Assembly: GCA_037442925.1 (NCBI GenBank)
Contig: JBBIPG010000004.1
Coordinates: forward strand, 1-60,493
Direction: 5' to 3'
DNA from: Candidatus Fraserbacteria bacterium
GTDB lineage: Bacteria; Bipolaricaulota; Bipolaricaulia; RBG-16-55-9
Length of the DNA: 60,493 nt
Position 1 is the first letter of the stretch. Every line of letters starts with the position of its first letter. Shown in pieces: positions 1 to 8,875 of this stretch. Made by a program: the position numbers and the translations under genes. The notes under the pieces are model-generated. The model ran no database searches and was not told the DNA's origin. It saw only the letters and a list, made by a program, of their open reading frames with translations.

Positions 1-150
1 CACCTGCTCAGTTGCCAGTTGCATACAGGCCTCGGTAAACTGCAGCAGCTGGGAGGAATTCTTCATTGAGGGTCACCGGCTTACCATAGGCGGTGACTCC
101 TCCCAGCTCAAGGATGTCTACAAAGCCCTATAGATCCATTTCAGAATCCT

Positions 151-354
151 GTGGTCTGGTATGAATCGGTGCTTCTGCCTGTGGGCCAGGAGATCATCCT
201 GCCTGCCTCGCTTATGGCGCCGCGGGAGCCCGGCACGTATAACTTGGTGCTGATGATGCTGGGAGAACCTTACAGACTGACGACAGAGGCAACACTATGG
301 CTTCCAAGCAGAGCGAGTCAGTGGCGTTTTGACCTGAAGGTTGAAATGCCCTAG
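151..354 (+). CDS. Possible 3' part of a hypothetical protein (frame open from 97; may be frameshifted or spurious)
   Basis: Frame 1 is open 97-354 with protein-like beta-rich sequence (APREPGTYNLVLMM). Frame 2 is open from 2 to a TAG near 133. No clear RBS. Confidence 0.25.
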   Translation: MVWYESVLLPVGQEIILPASLMAPREPGTYNLVLMMLGEPYRLTTEATLWLPSRASQWRFDLKVEMP

Positions 355-503
355 TGGATGGATCCGTAAGTTCACCGCTGATCAGGATAGAGTGCACGGA
401 CTCAAGTCACTCGCAGTATGGACTAGATGGCTGGAAGAAGGATCAAATCATATCACGGTCTGGTTCGCATCAGAGGGGTAGAAACAGATTGCAGTGATTT
501 GAA

Positions 504-800
504 CTACGATTGGCCGAAGTCACTTTGAAGGTCCTGGTTCTCCGGGGAGCGGCGTGCAGCGCGGATCAGGCGCTCGGCGAGCTCCTCATAGGCAGGCCAG
601 TATTTGTTGAGATACGTTCGCAAGGTCTTGGCAGCACTTGTATCGGAAGTCGTGACGAGAAAATGAGCAACGTGATGGGGTCCGAGTTCTTGGATCATCT
701 GATCGAGTTCCTTGCATGACCCGTTCGGGCCAGTTGCAAGCTGCTTGACTACTCCGCGCAGTGTTTCATCGACTCCGTACTCCGGCCGCTCTATGCTCAT
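504..800 (-). CDS. Hypothetical protein (98 aa)
   Basis: ATG-started ORF 43 nt downstream of rnhB on the same strand; helical-looking composition; no recognised motif. Confidence 0.4.
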   Translation of the reverse strand: MSIERPEYGVDETLRGVVKQLATGPNGSCKELDQMIQELGPHHVAHFLVTTSDTSAAKTLRTYLNKYWPAYEELAERLIRAARRSPENQDLQSDFGQS

Positions 801-843
801 CTCGTAGAGAGTTTACTTCAGGGGACGAGCGCAGGCTAGAAGC

Positions 844-1515
844 TCAGTCCTCATTGAGGGGGAAGAAGGCCTTGGTCCTTCGGTTCTGGATCAGTCGTTG
901 GACCGTATTCCAGCGGTATCGAACACACTCTGGAAATGCCCCGTGTTTCGCATACCAATGTTTTAAGAATTGCTGGGTCTTTCTCTCGGATGGATACCCC
1001 CAGCCGAAGTCGCCGTATTCGGATCGGAGTTGTTCGATGACTTGATCTCGATGGACTTTGGCGAGGATGGAAGCCGCGCTCACAACCGCGTATTTCTCAT
1101 CGGCCTTGTTTTCCGCGATGATCTCGAGTGCATTGTCGCCGACGAGAGATCGCAACGCCCTCACATAGTGAGCGATCCCCCTTGGCGGGACAGGGGCATC
1201 GAGATAGACTGCCGCGGGTCTCAGCCTGCGGATGAGCTGGGCCATGCCCTTCAGCTCGATCTGTGTCAGATTTCCATCGAGTTTTCTGGCGGGAATGGTG
1301 AGTAGACGGGACTTCCGTGCGATAGTCATGACCTCAGGGAATAAGGCGTCTCTAGGCGAACGACGGAGCTGCTTGGAATCTTTCACGCCCAGTTGAACAA
1401 GTCTGTCCAGTCGCGCTTCGTCGATCAGCACTCCTGCAAGTACGAGTGGACCAATCACGGGCCCCCGTCCTGCTTCGTCAATTCCCAGAATGAGTCTCAC
1501 AGCACATCTGGCCAT
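844..1515 (-). CDS. rnhB: Ribonuclease HII (archaeal-like)
   Basis: Motifs GIDEAGRGPVIGPLV, VKDSKQL, YLDA, NKADEKY..VSAASILAKVHRD, GDFGWGYPS. Start uncertain (1545, 1515 or a GTG at V-RLILGID). Confidence 0.95.
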   Translation of the reverse strand: MARCAVRLILGIDEAGRGPVIGPLVLAGVLIDEARLDRLVQLGVKDSKQLRRSPRDALFPEVMTIARKSRLLTIPARKLDGNLTQIELKGMAQLIRRLRPAAVYLDAPVPPRGIAHYVRALRSLVGDNALEIIAENKADEKYAVVSAASILAKVHRDQVIEQLRSEYGDFGWGYPSERKTQQFLKHWYAKHGAFPECVRYRWNTVQRLIQNRRTKAFFPLNED

Positions 1516-1609
1516 AGCATACGCTGATCTTTCTCCCGTAATCAATTGAGTGTCGCGTGCTTACTCTATACAATGGCGCCATCTGCGAGTGTGCGGAAGG
1601 AGTCTTTCG

Positions 1610-2455
1610 GTGAAGCTGCTCATCTACTCCAAAGGTCTCTATGCGACATGGATCTATTACGCACCGGATCGCATTGTATTCGATGCGGGAGAGGGCTTGA
1701 GCAGCATTCTTGGAAACAAGTGCTTTGCCATAGAGCATGTCTTTCTATCCCACGGCCATGCCGATCACATCTCCGGTCTCATTGGGCTCATCAACATTCG
1801 CAATAGCGGCATGGGCGACACAGAGAAGCCGCTGCACATCTACTATCCCAAGGACAACTGGCGCGTTGTGGAACTCCTCTCATACATCGCACGCACCAAC
1901 TCCAGACTCGATTATGAACTCATGTGGCATCCTCTGGAAGCGGGGGACCAAGTGAAGGTCTTTGAGGGCCAGAACGACCGCTATGTGGAAGCGTTCCCAA
2001 CCGCGCATACTCGCGGCGAGAAGTCCTTGGGTTACAACATCATTGAGGTCCGTCGACGCTTGAAGGAGAAGTATCAGCGTCTCAGTGAGAAGAAGATTCA
2101 AGAGTACGTGCGAGAGAAAGGGCGTGAGGAGATCACAACGACATATCCACAGAAGCTCCTCTCTTATGGAGGGGATTCCGCTCCTCTAGACCCAGATTGT
2201 GTGAGGGAGACTGAAATCTTATGTCACGAGGCCACGTTCCTGAATGAAGCAGATCGAGAGATGCCCACTCACTCCACCCTCGAAGAGGCCATTGAGGTCG
2301 CGCGTCAAGCAGGGGTGAAGCGGGAGCTTTTCGCGTTTCACATCTCTTCGCGCTACCGGAAAGAACTCAAGACGATGGCAATGGAGGTAGAGAAGCTGGA
2401 TGCGGATTTCAAGATTCATCTCGTGCCGCCGGGCAAGATCTGTCGCTATGAGTGA
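1610..2455 (+). CDS. rnz: Ribonuclease Z, Thermotoga (TM)-type short tRNase Z, MBL fold
   Basis: SHGHADH metal motif; FDAGEG, TWIYY, RNSGMGD.EKPL, GGDS, HEATF, THST and FHISSRY follow the T. maritima TM0207 layout; AAGGAG RBS 7 nt before GTG 1610. Confidence 0.9.
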   Translation: MKLLIYSKGLYATWIYYAPDRIVFDAGEGLSSILGNKCFAIEHVFLSHGHADHISGLIGLINIRNSGMGDTEKPLHIYYPKDNWRVVELLSYIARTNSRLDYELMWHPLEAGDQVKVFEGQNDRYVEAFPTAHTRGEKSLGYNIIEVRRRLKEKYQRLSEKKIQEYVREKGREEITTTYPQKLLSYGGDSAPLDPDCVRETEILCHEATFLNEADREMPTHSTLEEAIEVARQAGVKRELFAFHISSRYRKELKTMAMEVEKLDADFKIHLVPPGKICRYE

Positions 2456-2509
2456 TGCGAATCCGCCCTTGCACCCACCTTGTCCTTTTGCTACTCTCGC
2501 CCAACGGGT

Positions 2510-3409
2510 ATGCACATGAGACACCGGGAACAGCGAGTTCATCAACTCTCGGATCGCATCTGGATCTATCGCCATGATTGGCAGAAGGTTGAGCCCACTA
2601 TCGGCATGGTGCTCACCAAAGAGGGGTGGATTGCCATCGACGGGGGAAACTCGCCCGCCCACGGTCGGCAGGTCTACGAGGCCATGCAGGAGATCCGTGA
2701 GGCACCCGTTCTCTACGTCATCGATACCCACCGCCACTTTGATCATGTCTTCGGCAATCAGGCCTTCCAGGCACCGGTGATTGCCAGCCAACGATGCCGG
2801 GAGCGTTTCGTGCAAAATATCCAAGACGATTGGGCTCCGGATCGCGTGCACCGCTGGCTTCAAGAGACCATGTTCTCCAGCATCTCCACCTTGAACCCGA
2901 CAGATTTTCGGGAGCTGATGCTCGTGCCTCCTTCCCTCAGCTTCACCGGAGAGATGACATTAGATCTTGATGGCACAAGCGTTCAACTCTTCTCTCTCGC
3001 GGGGGCTCATAGTGACGATAGCATCGGAATCTTCATCCCCCGTGAGCGCGTGCTCTTTCTGGGCGATGCGTTCTATTTTCGTGAAGGCTCGGAAGGCAGC
3101 TTTCTCCGTCTGCTACAGCTGCTCGACTACATAGCACCTCTGGAGGTGGAACTGTACGTGCCCGGTCACGAAAGGGCCCACGATCGCCGGACGTTTGAGA
3201 GGATTCACTCCTACTGTCGCGAGCTGGCACAATCTGTCCGTTCCCTCCTACGCTCCGGGGCCGGAGAAGCTGAAGTGCTCCATGTGCCCTTCGATGAGGA
3301 GTACGAGCGTACTAGCTTCCTCAGCCCCAAGTTGCACCAGCGTTTCTTAAAGGCTGCCTACCGAGAACTTCTCCCCATGCAGCAACGGCATAGAGCCTCG
3401 CCCCACTGA
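2510..3409 (+). CDS. MBL-fold metallo-hydrolase (cyclase/glyoxalase II-like)
   Basis: THRHFDHVFGN, AHSDD, LFLGDAF and VPGH motifs. Confidence 0.85.
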   Translation: MHMRHREQRVHQLSDRIWIYRHDWQKVEPTIGMVLTKEGWIAIDGGNSPAHGRQVYEAMQEIREAPVLYVIDTHRHFDHVFGNQAFQAPVIASQRCRERFVQNIQDDWAPDRVHRWLQETMFSSISTLNPTDFRELMLVPPSLSFTGEMTLDLDGTSVQLFSLAGAHSDDSIGIFIPRERVLFLGDAFYFREGSEGSFLRLLQLLDYIAPLEVELYVPGHERAHDRRTFERIHSYCRELAQSVRSLLRSGAGEAEVLHVPFDEEYERTSFLSPKLHQRFLKAAYRELLPMQQRHRASPH

Positions 3410-3410
3410 C

Positions 3411-3439
3411 TTGAAAGCGGCTATCCCCAAGGCTATGAT
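3411..3439 (+). promoter_or_regulatory. sigma70-type promoter of sodA
   Basis: TTGAAA-N17-TATGAT, followed by an AGGAG RBS at 3481. Confidence 0.65.
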
Positions 3440-3494
3440 ACAAGCCACCAGCATCAGGGCAGCACGCGAACATACGTCAAAGGAGTGAGTGTCC

Positions 3495-4121
3495 ATGCCG
3501 AAATTCGAGCTTCCGCCTCTGCCGTATGATTACCAGGCGCTGGAGCCTCATATCGATGAGATGACCATGCGCTTGCACCATGACAAGCACCATCAGGCCT
3601 ACACCGATGGGCTCAACGCGGCGTTAGAGAAGTACCCCGATTGGCAATCCAAACCGATAGAAGAGATCCTCACAAACATAAGCACTGTGCCCGAGGCGAT
3701 TCGAGGGGCCGTCAATTTCCACGGCGGCGGGTATGAGAATCACTCGATCTTCTGGGTGAATATGAGCCCCAAGGGCGGTGGCGAGCCCAGTGGCGAGCTG
3801 GCGACAGCCCTTCGAGATACGTTTGGGAACTTTGCGTCCTTCAAAGAGCAGTTCTCGAAAGCGGCAGCCGGTGTGCAAGGCAGCGGCTGGGCGTGGCTGG
3901 CCTGGAACCCCAGAGCCAAGAAGCTGGAGATCAAGACAATGCCCAACCAGACGAGTCCGCGAACTGAAGGATATATTCCGCTTTTGGGGCTGGACGTCTG
4001 GGAGCACGCGTACTATTTGAAGTATCAGAATCGACGAGCTGAATACATTGCTGCGTGGTGGAACGTGGTAAACTGGGCGGATGTGACTCAACGCTTCCAG
4101 AAGCCCGTCAAAGCTAGATGA
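3495..4121 (+). CDS. sodA: Superoxide dismutase, Mn-type signature
   Basis: LHHDKHH, NHSIFW and DVWEHAYY ligands; GGG before the second His and MPNQ (Mn-type specificity pattern). Confidence 0.95.
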   Translation: MPKFELPPLPYDYQALEPHIDEMTMRLHHDKHHQAYTDGLNAALEKYPDWQSKPIEEILTNISTVPEAIRGAVNFHGGGYENHSIFWVNMSPKGGGEPSGELATALRDTFGNFASFKEQFSKAAAGVQGSGWAWLAWNPRAKKLEIKTMPNQTSPRTEGYIPLLGLDVWEHAYYLKYQNRRAEYIAAWWNVVNWADVTQRFQKPVKAR

Positions 4122-5350
4122 AGGGCATTCTCGTCATTGCCGATGGGTTGGGAGGGCGGCCCACGGATTACGATGGCAAGACGTGCCTTCAGGCAGCAAA
4201 AACACCCACTTTAGATGAACTCGCCCGGCGCGGAATCAACGGGCTTCTAGATCCCATCGCGCCGGGAGTGCGTCCGGGTAGTGATACGGCACATCTGTCG
4301 ATCTTCGGCTATGACCCGTATCGCGATTATCCTGGTCGTGGCGTCTTTGAAGCTGTGGGCATTGGCCTAGAAGTGCGAGAGGGGGACGTGTGCTTTCGTG
4401 CCAACTTTGCCACGGTTGATGAAAACTTTATGGTGAAAGATCGCCGGGCAGGGCGTATCGAGACAGGCCAAGCTGAGCTGGAGCGAGCACTTCAGAAGAT
4501 TCGCTTGCCGTCTGACCCCAATGTGAAAGTCTTGTTCAAAGCGAGCACGGAGCATCGTGGAGCGCTCGTGCTGCGTGGGCCGGATCTGTCACCGGCGATC
4601 ACCGAAGCGGACCCTCATGACGACGGCAAGAAAGTTCTCGAAGTCCGCCCCACTCAAGAAACTCCTCAGGCCAAGCACTCAGCTCAGCTTGTGAATGAGC
4701 TCATTCATCAGTCGTATGAGCTATTGAAGGATCTACCTCTAAACAAAGAGCGTCAGCGCCAGGGAAAGCCTGCAGCTAACATCTTGCTACTGCGTGGTGC
4801 GTCGGGTGTGCCCAACTTAAGGACGTTGCCAGAGCTGTACGGCATTCGTGGGACGGTGATCGCGGCGGGTGCGCTCTACATCGGGATTGGTGTACTAGCG
4901 GGTTTGGAGTTTAAGCGAGCTGAAGGAGCGACGGGCAAGCTGGATTCGAATCTTATCAACAAAGTGAAGCTCGCCGTGGAGGAACTTCAATCAAGAGACT
5001 TCGTGTTTGTTCATATGAAGGGAACGGACTCAGCTGGGCACGATCACCATGCGCAAGCGAAAATCGCATTCATCGAGAAGATCGACGAAGCCATCGGGTA
5101 TTTGCTGGAAAATCTTGATTGGGAAGAGACCCATCTTGCGTTCACGGGCGATCACTGCACACCCATCGTCTATGGAGATCACACGGCGGAACCGGTGCCG
5201 CTCGTGATCGCTGGTCCGAGTGTCATCCCCGATGATGTACAGGCATTTGATGAGAGGGGTGTCATGAGTGGGGGCTTAGGGCGAGTGTCTGGCAACGTTG
5301 TCCCCATGTTGGCTGGTTACAATGATTGGTTGAAGAAACATGGGACGTAA
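4118..5350 (+). CDS. apgM: 2,3-bisphosphoglycerate-independent phosphoglycerate mutase, archaeal type
   Basis: IADGLGGRP, PGSDTAHLSIFGY, GRGVFEA, HMKGTDSAGHD, TGDHCTP, HTAEPVP. Confidence 0.93.
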   Translation: MKGILVIADGLGGRPTDYDGKTCLQAAKTPTLDELARRGINGLLDPIAPGVRPGSDTAHLSIFGYDPYRDYPGRGVFEAVGIGLEVREGDVCFRANFATVDENFMVKDRRAGRIETGQAELERALQKIRLPSDPNVKVLFKASTEHRGALVLRGPDLSPAITEADPHDDGKKVLEVRPTQETPQAKHSAQLVNELIHQSYELLKDLPLNKERQRQGKPAANILLLRGASGVPNLRTLPELYGIRGTVIAAGALYIGIGVLAGLEFKRAEGATGKLDSNLINKVKLAVEELQSRDFVFVHMKGTDSAGHDHHAQAKIAFIEKIDEAIGYLLENLDWEETHLAFTGDHCTPIVYGDHTAEPVPLVIAGPSVIPDDVQAFDERGVMSGGLGRVSGNVVPMLAGYNDWLKKHGT

Positions 5351-5389
5351 GCGATTACAGACAGAAAGTGGTTGAACTGAACTGAGTGG

Positions 5390-5419
5390 TTGGCGTCCAT
5401 CGCTCTAAGAGGGTATAAT
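5390..5419 (+). promoter_or_regulatory. Probable sigma70 promoter for the riboswitch-terC transcript
   Basis: TTGGCG-N18-TATAAT (-10 at 5414-5419). Confidence 0.5.
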
Positions 5420-5447
5420 TCGCATCGCAGAGATAGAGAGATTGCTG

Positions 5448-5566
5448 CGAAGGGGAGTAGCAACTAGGCTAGTCTTCTAGGTGGCCTAGAGTACAAGATC
5501 GTCAAGCCGGTGGCGACACCCGGTCTTGTAGCACTCTCGGATCACTAAGAGATTGCGAGACCTTCG
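5448..5566 (+). ncRNA. yybP-ykoY (Mn2+-sensing) riboswitch aptamer
   Basis: Hallmark segments AAGGGGAGTAGC, CGTCAA and GCGAGACCTT; P1 CGAAGG (5448-53) pairs with CCTTCG (5561-66); lies upstream of a TerC-family gene, the typical context. Confidence 0.88.
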
Positions 5567-5613
5567 TCTTAGATTGTATACGCAGTCCGACGGAGGTCTC
5601 ATCCTGAGATGGA

Positions 5614-5653
5614 CCTCCCGCTGACTGCACAACATGAAAGGCGGGGGGTTTTT
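5614..5653 (+). terminator. Riboswitch expression-platform terminator / SD-sequestering hairpin
   Basis: CCTCCCGCT (5614-22) pairs with GGCGGGGGG (5640-48), followed by TTTTT (5649-53); ends 4 nt before the ATG at 5657. Confidence 0.65.
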
Positions 5654-5656
5654 GAC

Positions 5657-6340
5657 ATGGACTTCTCTATCATTGTCGCGTTACTCAGCATCGTCCTCAT
5701 TGATCTAGTACTCAGCGGTGACAATGCGCTGGTCATTGGCTTGGCGGCCCAGAGATTACCACTCCAGCAGCGTCGGAGAATCATCCTTTGGGGCACCGTA
5801 GTGGCCATCATGGTACGGGTCTTAACGACCATGGGGGCTGCGTATGTGCTATCCATCCCGTTGCTTCAAGCGGTCGGCGGTGGGCTCCTGGTTTGGATTG
5901 GCCTCAAACTCGCAGTTCACAGACATCGTGAGGCAGCCACTACCCCAGCCGGGAGAAACTTCTGGGACGCGGTACGTATCATCGTTGTGGCCGATGTTGT
6001 CATGGGTATCGACAACATGTTGGCTGTCGCCGGTGCCTCTCATGGCAACATTGGGTTGCTCCTCTTTGGCTTAGCGCTCAGTATTCCGTTGCTGATGGTC
6101 GGAGCTACCTGGATTGCGGCTCTTGTAAGCCGTTTCCCGTGGTTGAATGCCTTGGGAGCGGGGGTTATCGCATGGACTGGTGGAGCCATGGTGGTAGAAG
6201 ACTCTTTGATAAGTAGCTGGTGGAGCGTAGGAGCAAGCTGGGAAATCTTCAGTTGGTTGCTCCCTCTTAGTGTAGGAGGGGGTATGCTGGTTGTCGGTTT
6301 GTTGAGCGAAGCCCGTTTTCAGCGACGTCAGCCATTGTAA
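5657..6340 (+). CDS. TerC-family (YjbE-like) integral membrane protein, probable Mn-related transporter
   Basis: IDLVLSGDNALVI and ADVVMGIDNMLAVAGAS TerC motifs; about 7 hydrophobic segments. Confidence 0.9.
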   Translation: MDFSIIVALLSIVLIDLVLSGDNALVIGLAAQRLPLQQRRRIILWGTVVAIMVRVLTTMGAAYVLSIPLLQAVGGGLLVWIGLKLAVHRHREAATTPAGRNFWDAVRIIVVADVVMGIDNMLAVAGASHGNIGLLLFGLALSIPLLMVGATWIAALVSRFPWLNALGAGVIAWTGGAMVVEDSLISSWWSVGASWEIFSWLLPLSVGGGMLVVGLLSEARFQRRQPL

Positions 6341-6417
6341 TCCTAATCAGAGTGCAGGTGCTGCGACCAAGGAATAATAATGAGTGATGTTATGCGCACG
6401 TACGAGGTTATCGCACG

Positions 6418-6528
6418 ATGATTCGCTGGCTGAAGCGGCTGGGCATTGTGGGCTTCCTCTTCTTTTTGATCAAGGGATTGCTCTGGCTCATTGTCCCCTT
6501 GCTGATTGCACTGCTGAGTGCTCTATGA
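6418..6528 (+). CDS. Small membrane protein, 36 aa (MIRWLKRLGIVGFLFFLIKGLLWLIVPLLIALLSAL)
   Basis: Not in the ORF track (too short). GAGGT RBS at 6404-08, ATG 6418, TGA 6526-28; basic N-terminus then a hydrophobic stretch. Confidence 0.75.
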   Translation: MIRWLKRLGIVGFLFFLIKGLLWLIVPLLIALLSAL

Positions 6529-6666
6529 CCTCGCTTACCCAAGGTCGCCACCTTGCTTCGAGTCATGACGTCGGAGCAGGAGATTGAGTATGCTTTAGCT
6601 ACGGCATAGAGTGTATAATGAACGCAAGGGGGCAGAGTATGCGAGAAAACGAAAGGGGAGAAACTC

Positions 6667-7164
6667 ATGCTCAGCAAGAAGCTTCAAGATGCACTCAACG
6701 AACAGATTAAGCACGAGATCTATTCGGCGTACACGTATCTTTCGATGGTGGCCTACTTTGAGGCGGAGAACTTGAGGGGCTTTGCCCACTGGATGCGCCT
6801 GCAAAGACTAGAAGAGCTGGAACATGCCATGAAGATCTTCGACTTCGTGATTGACCGTGGCGGTCGAGTCGAACTTCAAGCCATCGAGAAGCCACCGGCG
6901 CAGTTCAAGTCGCCCCTCGACGCCTTTGAGAAGGCATTAGCCCATGAGCGCAAGATCTCAGGCTTGATTCACAAGCTCTATGATCAGGCCGTCAAGGAGA
7001 ATGACTACCCAACACAAGTGATGCTCCACTGGTTCATCGATGAGCAAGTCGAAGAAGAGAAGAGCGCCAGCGAGGTGGTCGATCAACTCCAGATGATTGG
7101 AAACAACGTGGCGGGTCTGTTCATCCTGGACGCAAGACTGGGCGAGCGGAAGGCGGAAGACTGA
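6667..7164 (+). CDS. ftnA: Ferritin (non-heme)
   Basis: LNEQIKHEIYSAYTY, EELEHAMK and WFIDEQVEEE ferroxidase motifs. Confidence 0.95.
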   Translation: MLSKKLQDALNEQIKHEIYSAYTYLSMVAYFEAENLRGFAHWMRLQRLEELEHAMKIFDFVIDRGGRVELQAIEKPPAQFKSPLDAFEKALAHERKISGLIHKLYDQAVKENDYPTQVMLHWFIDEQVEEEKSASEVVDQLQMIGNNVAGLFILDARLGERKAED

Positions 7165-7276
7165 CCCAAATGCATCTACGCTGGACGAAGGAGGACGCGC
7201 GGCTCTTCCAACTGCACGCCCTTGGACTTCACGGCAAGAGATATCCTAAAGGCAGAGCGGGCATCCGAGAGTGTTT

Positions 7277-7951
7277 ATGATCTTAGAGACGCGCGAGCTC
7301 ACAAGAGTCTATCAAGTTGGGCAAGAAGAGATCCACGCCCTGCGCGGAGTCAATTTCCGGGCTGAGGCGGGAGACTTCACAGTCATCAACGGCCCATCCG
7401 GCAGCGGCAAGACGACCTTTTTAAATCTAATCGGCTGCATCGACAGACCCACATCCGGGGAAGTCTTCATCGAGGGACAAGCGACAAGCCTACTCTCGGA
7501 GAGCCAGCTGGCGAATCTACGCAAGCGCAAGATCGGTCTTGTCTTTCAAACGTTCAATTTGATTCCGGTGCTTTCCGCCTATGAGAACGTGGAATACCCG
7601 CTCTTGCTCCTGGGTTTGAGTCGATCTGAGCGGCGTAAGCGGGTCATGGCGCTGCTAGAAGAGGTAGGCCTGAAAGACATGGCCAAGCGCCGCCCCGATG
7701 AGCTCTCCGGTGGCCAGCGGCAGCGCGTTGCCATTGCCAGGGCCCTGGTGACCGAACCCAAGCTTGTATTGGCCGATGAGCCCAGTGCCAACCTTGATTC
7801 AGAGACGGGTAATCAGGTCATGAACATCATGCGGCACCTCAACGAGGAGCATCATGTCGCCTTCATCGTGGTCACACATGACCCCGTGGTGACGCAATAC
7901 GCTCAACGCATAGTGAAAATTCGCGATGGCCAGCTGAGCGAGGAGAACTGA
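7277..7951 (+). CDS. ABC transporter ATP-binding protein (LolD/MacB-like), no adjacent permease
   Basis: GPSGSGKT, LSGGQRQR, LADEP and VTHD. Confidence 0.92.
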   Translation: MILETRELTRVYQVGQEEIHALRGVNFRAEAGDFTVINGPSGSGKTTFLNLIGCIDRPTSGEVFIEGQATSLLSESQLANLRKRKIGLVFQTFNLIPVLSAYENVEYPLLLLGLSRSERRKRVMALLEEVGLKDMAKRRPDELSGGQRQRVAIARALVTEPKLVLADEPSANLDSETGNQVMNIMRHLNEEHHVAFIVVTHDPVVTQYAQRIVKIRDGQLSEEN

Positions 7952-7952
7952 A

Positions 7953-8870
7953 ATGAACATTCTCGTCACCGGAGCCACAGGGTTTATTGGCTCACGTCTA
8001 TGTCAAGTTCTCAGCGAAGCCGGTCATACACTTACGGCGCTCTCGCGTGATCCCGCCTCAGCACAACGGCGTGTCCCAGTGCTGCAGCACGTGTACGCTT
8101 GGGATGCCTTAGCCGCGCCGCCACCAGCAGAAGCGTTTTCAAGCATTGACGCTGTGATTCACTTGGCCGGAGCCACGATCGCGGGTCGCTGGACCGCAGC
8201 CAAGAAAAAATTGCTCTATGACAGCCGCGTCCTCGGCACCCGAAACCTTGTAGATGGCATGAGGTCCGTCGTAGCTCGTCCCAAGGTGTTGGTTTCGCCC
8301 AGCGGCATCGGTTACTACGGCGACCGGGGCGAAGAGAGCGTCACGGAAGAATCCGGTCCCGGCTCAGATTTCTTTGCAGAGATCTGCAAGGGCTGGGAAA
8401 GAGAGACCGCCCGCGCCGAAGAGCTGGGAGTGCGAGCTGTGAGCCTTCGCACCAGCACAGTTCTAGGTCCAGACGGGGGAGCCCTGAAGGCTCTTCTGCC
8501 CATGTACAAGCTGGGGCTCGGAGGTCCGCTGGGATCAGGGCGGCAGTGGTGGCCCTGGGTCCATCGCGATGATCTCATCAGCCTGATCATGTTCGCTTTG
8601 GAGCATGACGTGAGAGGTCCGGTCAACGCCACAGCTCCGCAGCCAGTACGTCAGAGGGAATATGCCCGGACGTTAGGCAGAGTCTTGAGAAGACCTGCAA
8701 TTCTCCCTACACCGGCCTTTGCGCTTAGGCTGATGCTCGGAGAACTGGCGGACGGGCTTCTGGCCAGCATTCGAGCTATTCCCAAGCAGGCTGAAGCGAT
8801 GGGGTTTCGCTTTCGTTACCCTGAACTAGAACCTGCCTTGCGACAGATTCTTCAGCCCCCTCTGCGGTAG
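7953..8870 (+). CDS. TIGR01777/YfcH-like NAD-dependent epimerase-family protein
   Basis: VTGATGFIG, HLAGATI..RWT..KK..YDSRV.GT, GPLGSGRQWWPWVH. Confidence 0.9.
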   Translation: MNILVTGATGFIGSRLCQVLSEAGHTLTALSRDPASAQRRVPVLQHVYAWDALAAPPPAEAFSSIDAVIHLAGATIAGRWTAAKKKLLYDSRVLGTRNLVDGMRSVVARPKVLVSPSGIGYYGDRGEESVTEESGPGSDFFAEICKGWERETARAEELGVRAVSLRTSTVLGPDGGALKALLPMYKLGLGGPLGSGRQWWPWVHRDDLISLIMFALEHDVRGPVNATAPQPVRQREYARTLGRVLRRPAILPTPAFALRLMLGELADGLLASIRAIPKQAEAMGFRFRYPELEPALRQILQPPLR

Positions 8871-8875
8871 CACAG

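Noticed and set aside
6371-6395. AT-rich GGAATAATAATGAGTGATGTTAT as a Fur/PerR box
   Set aside because: No convincing inverted symmetry or consensus match.
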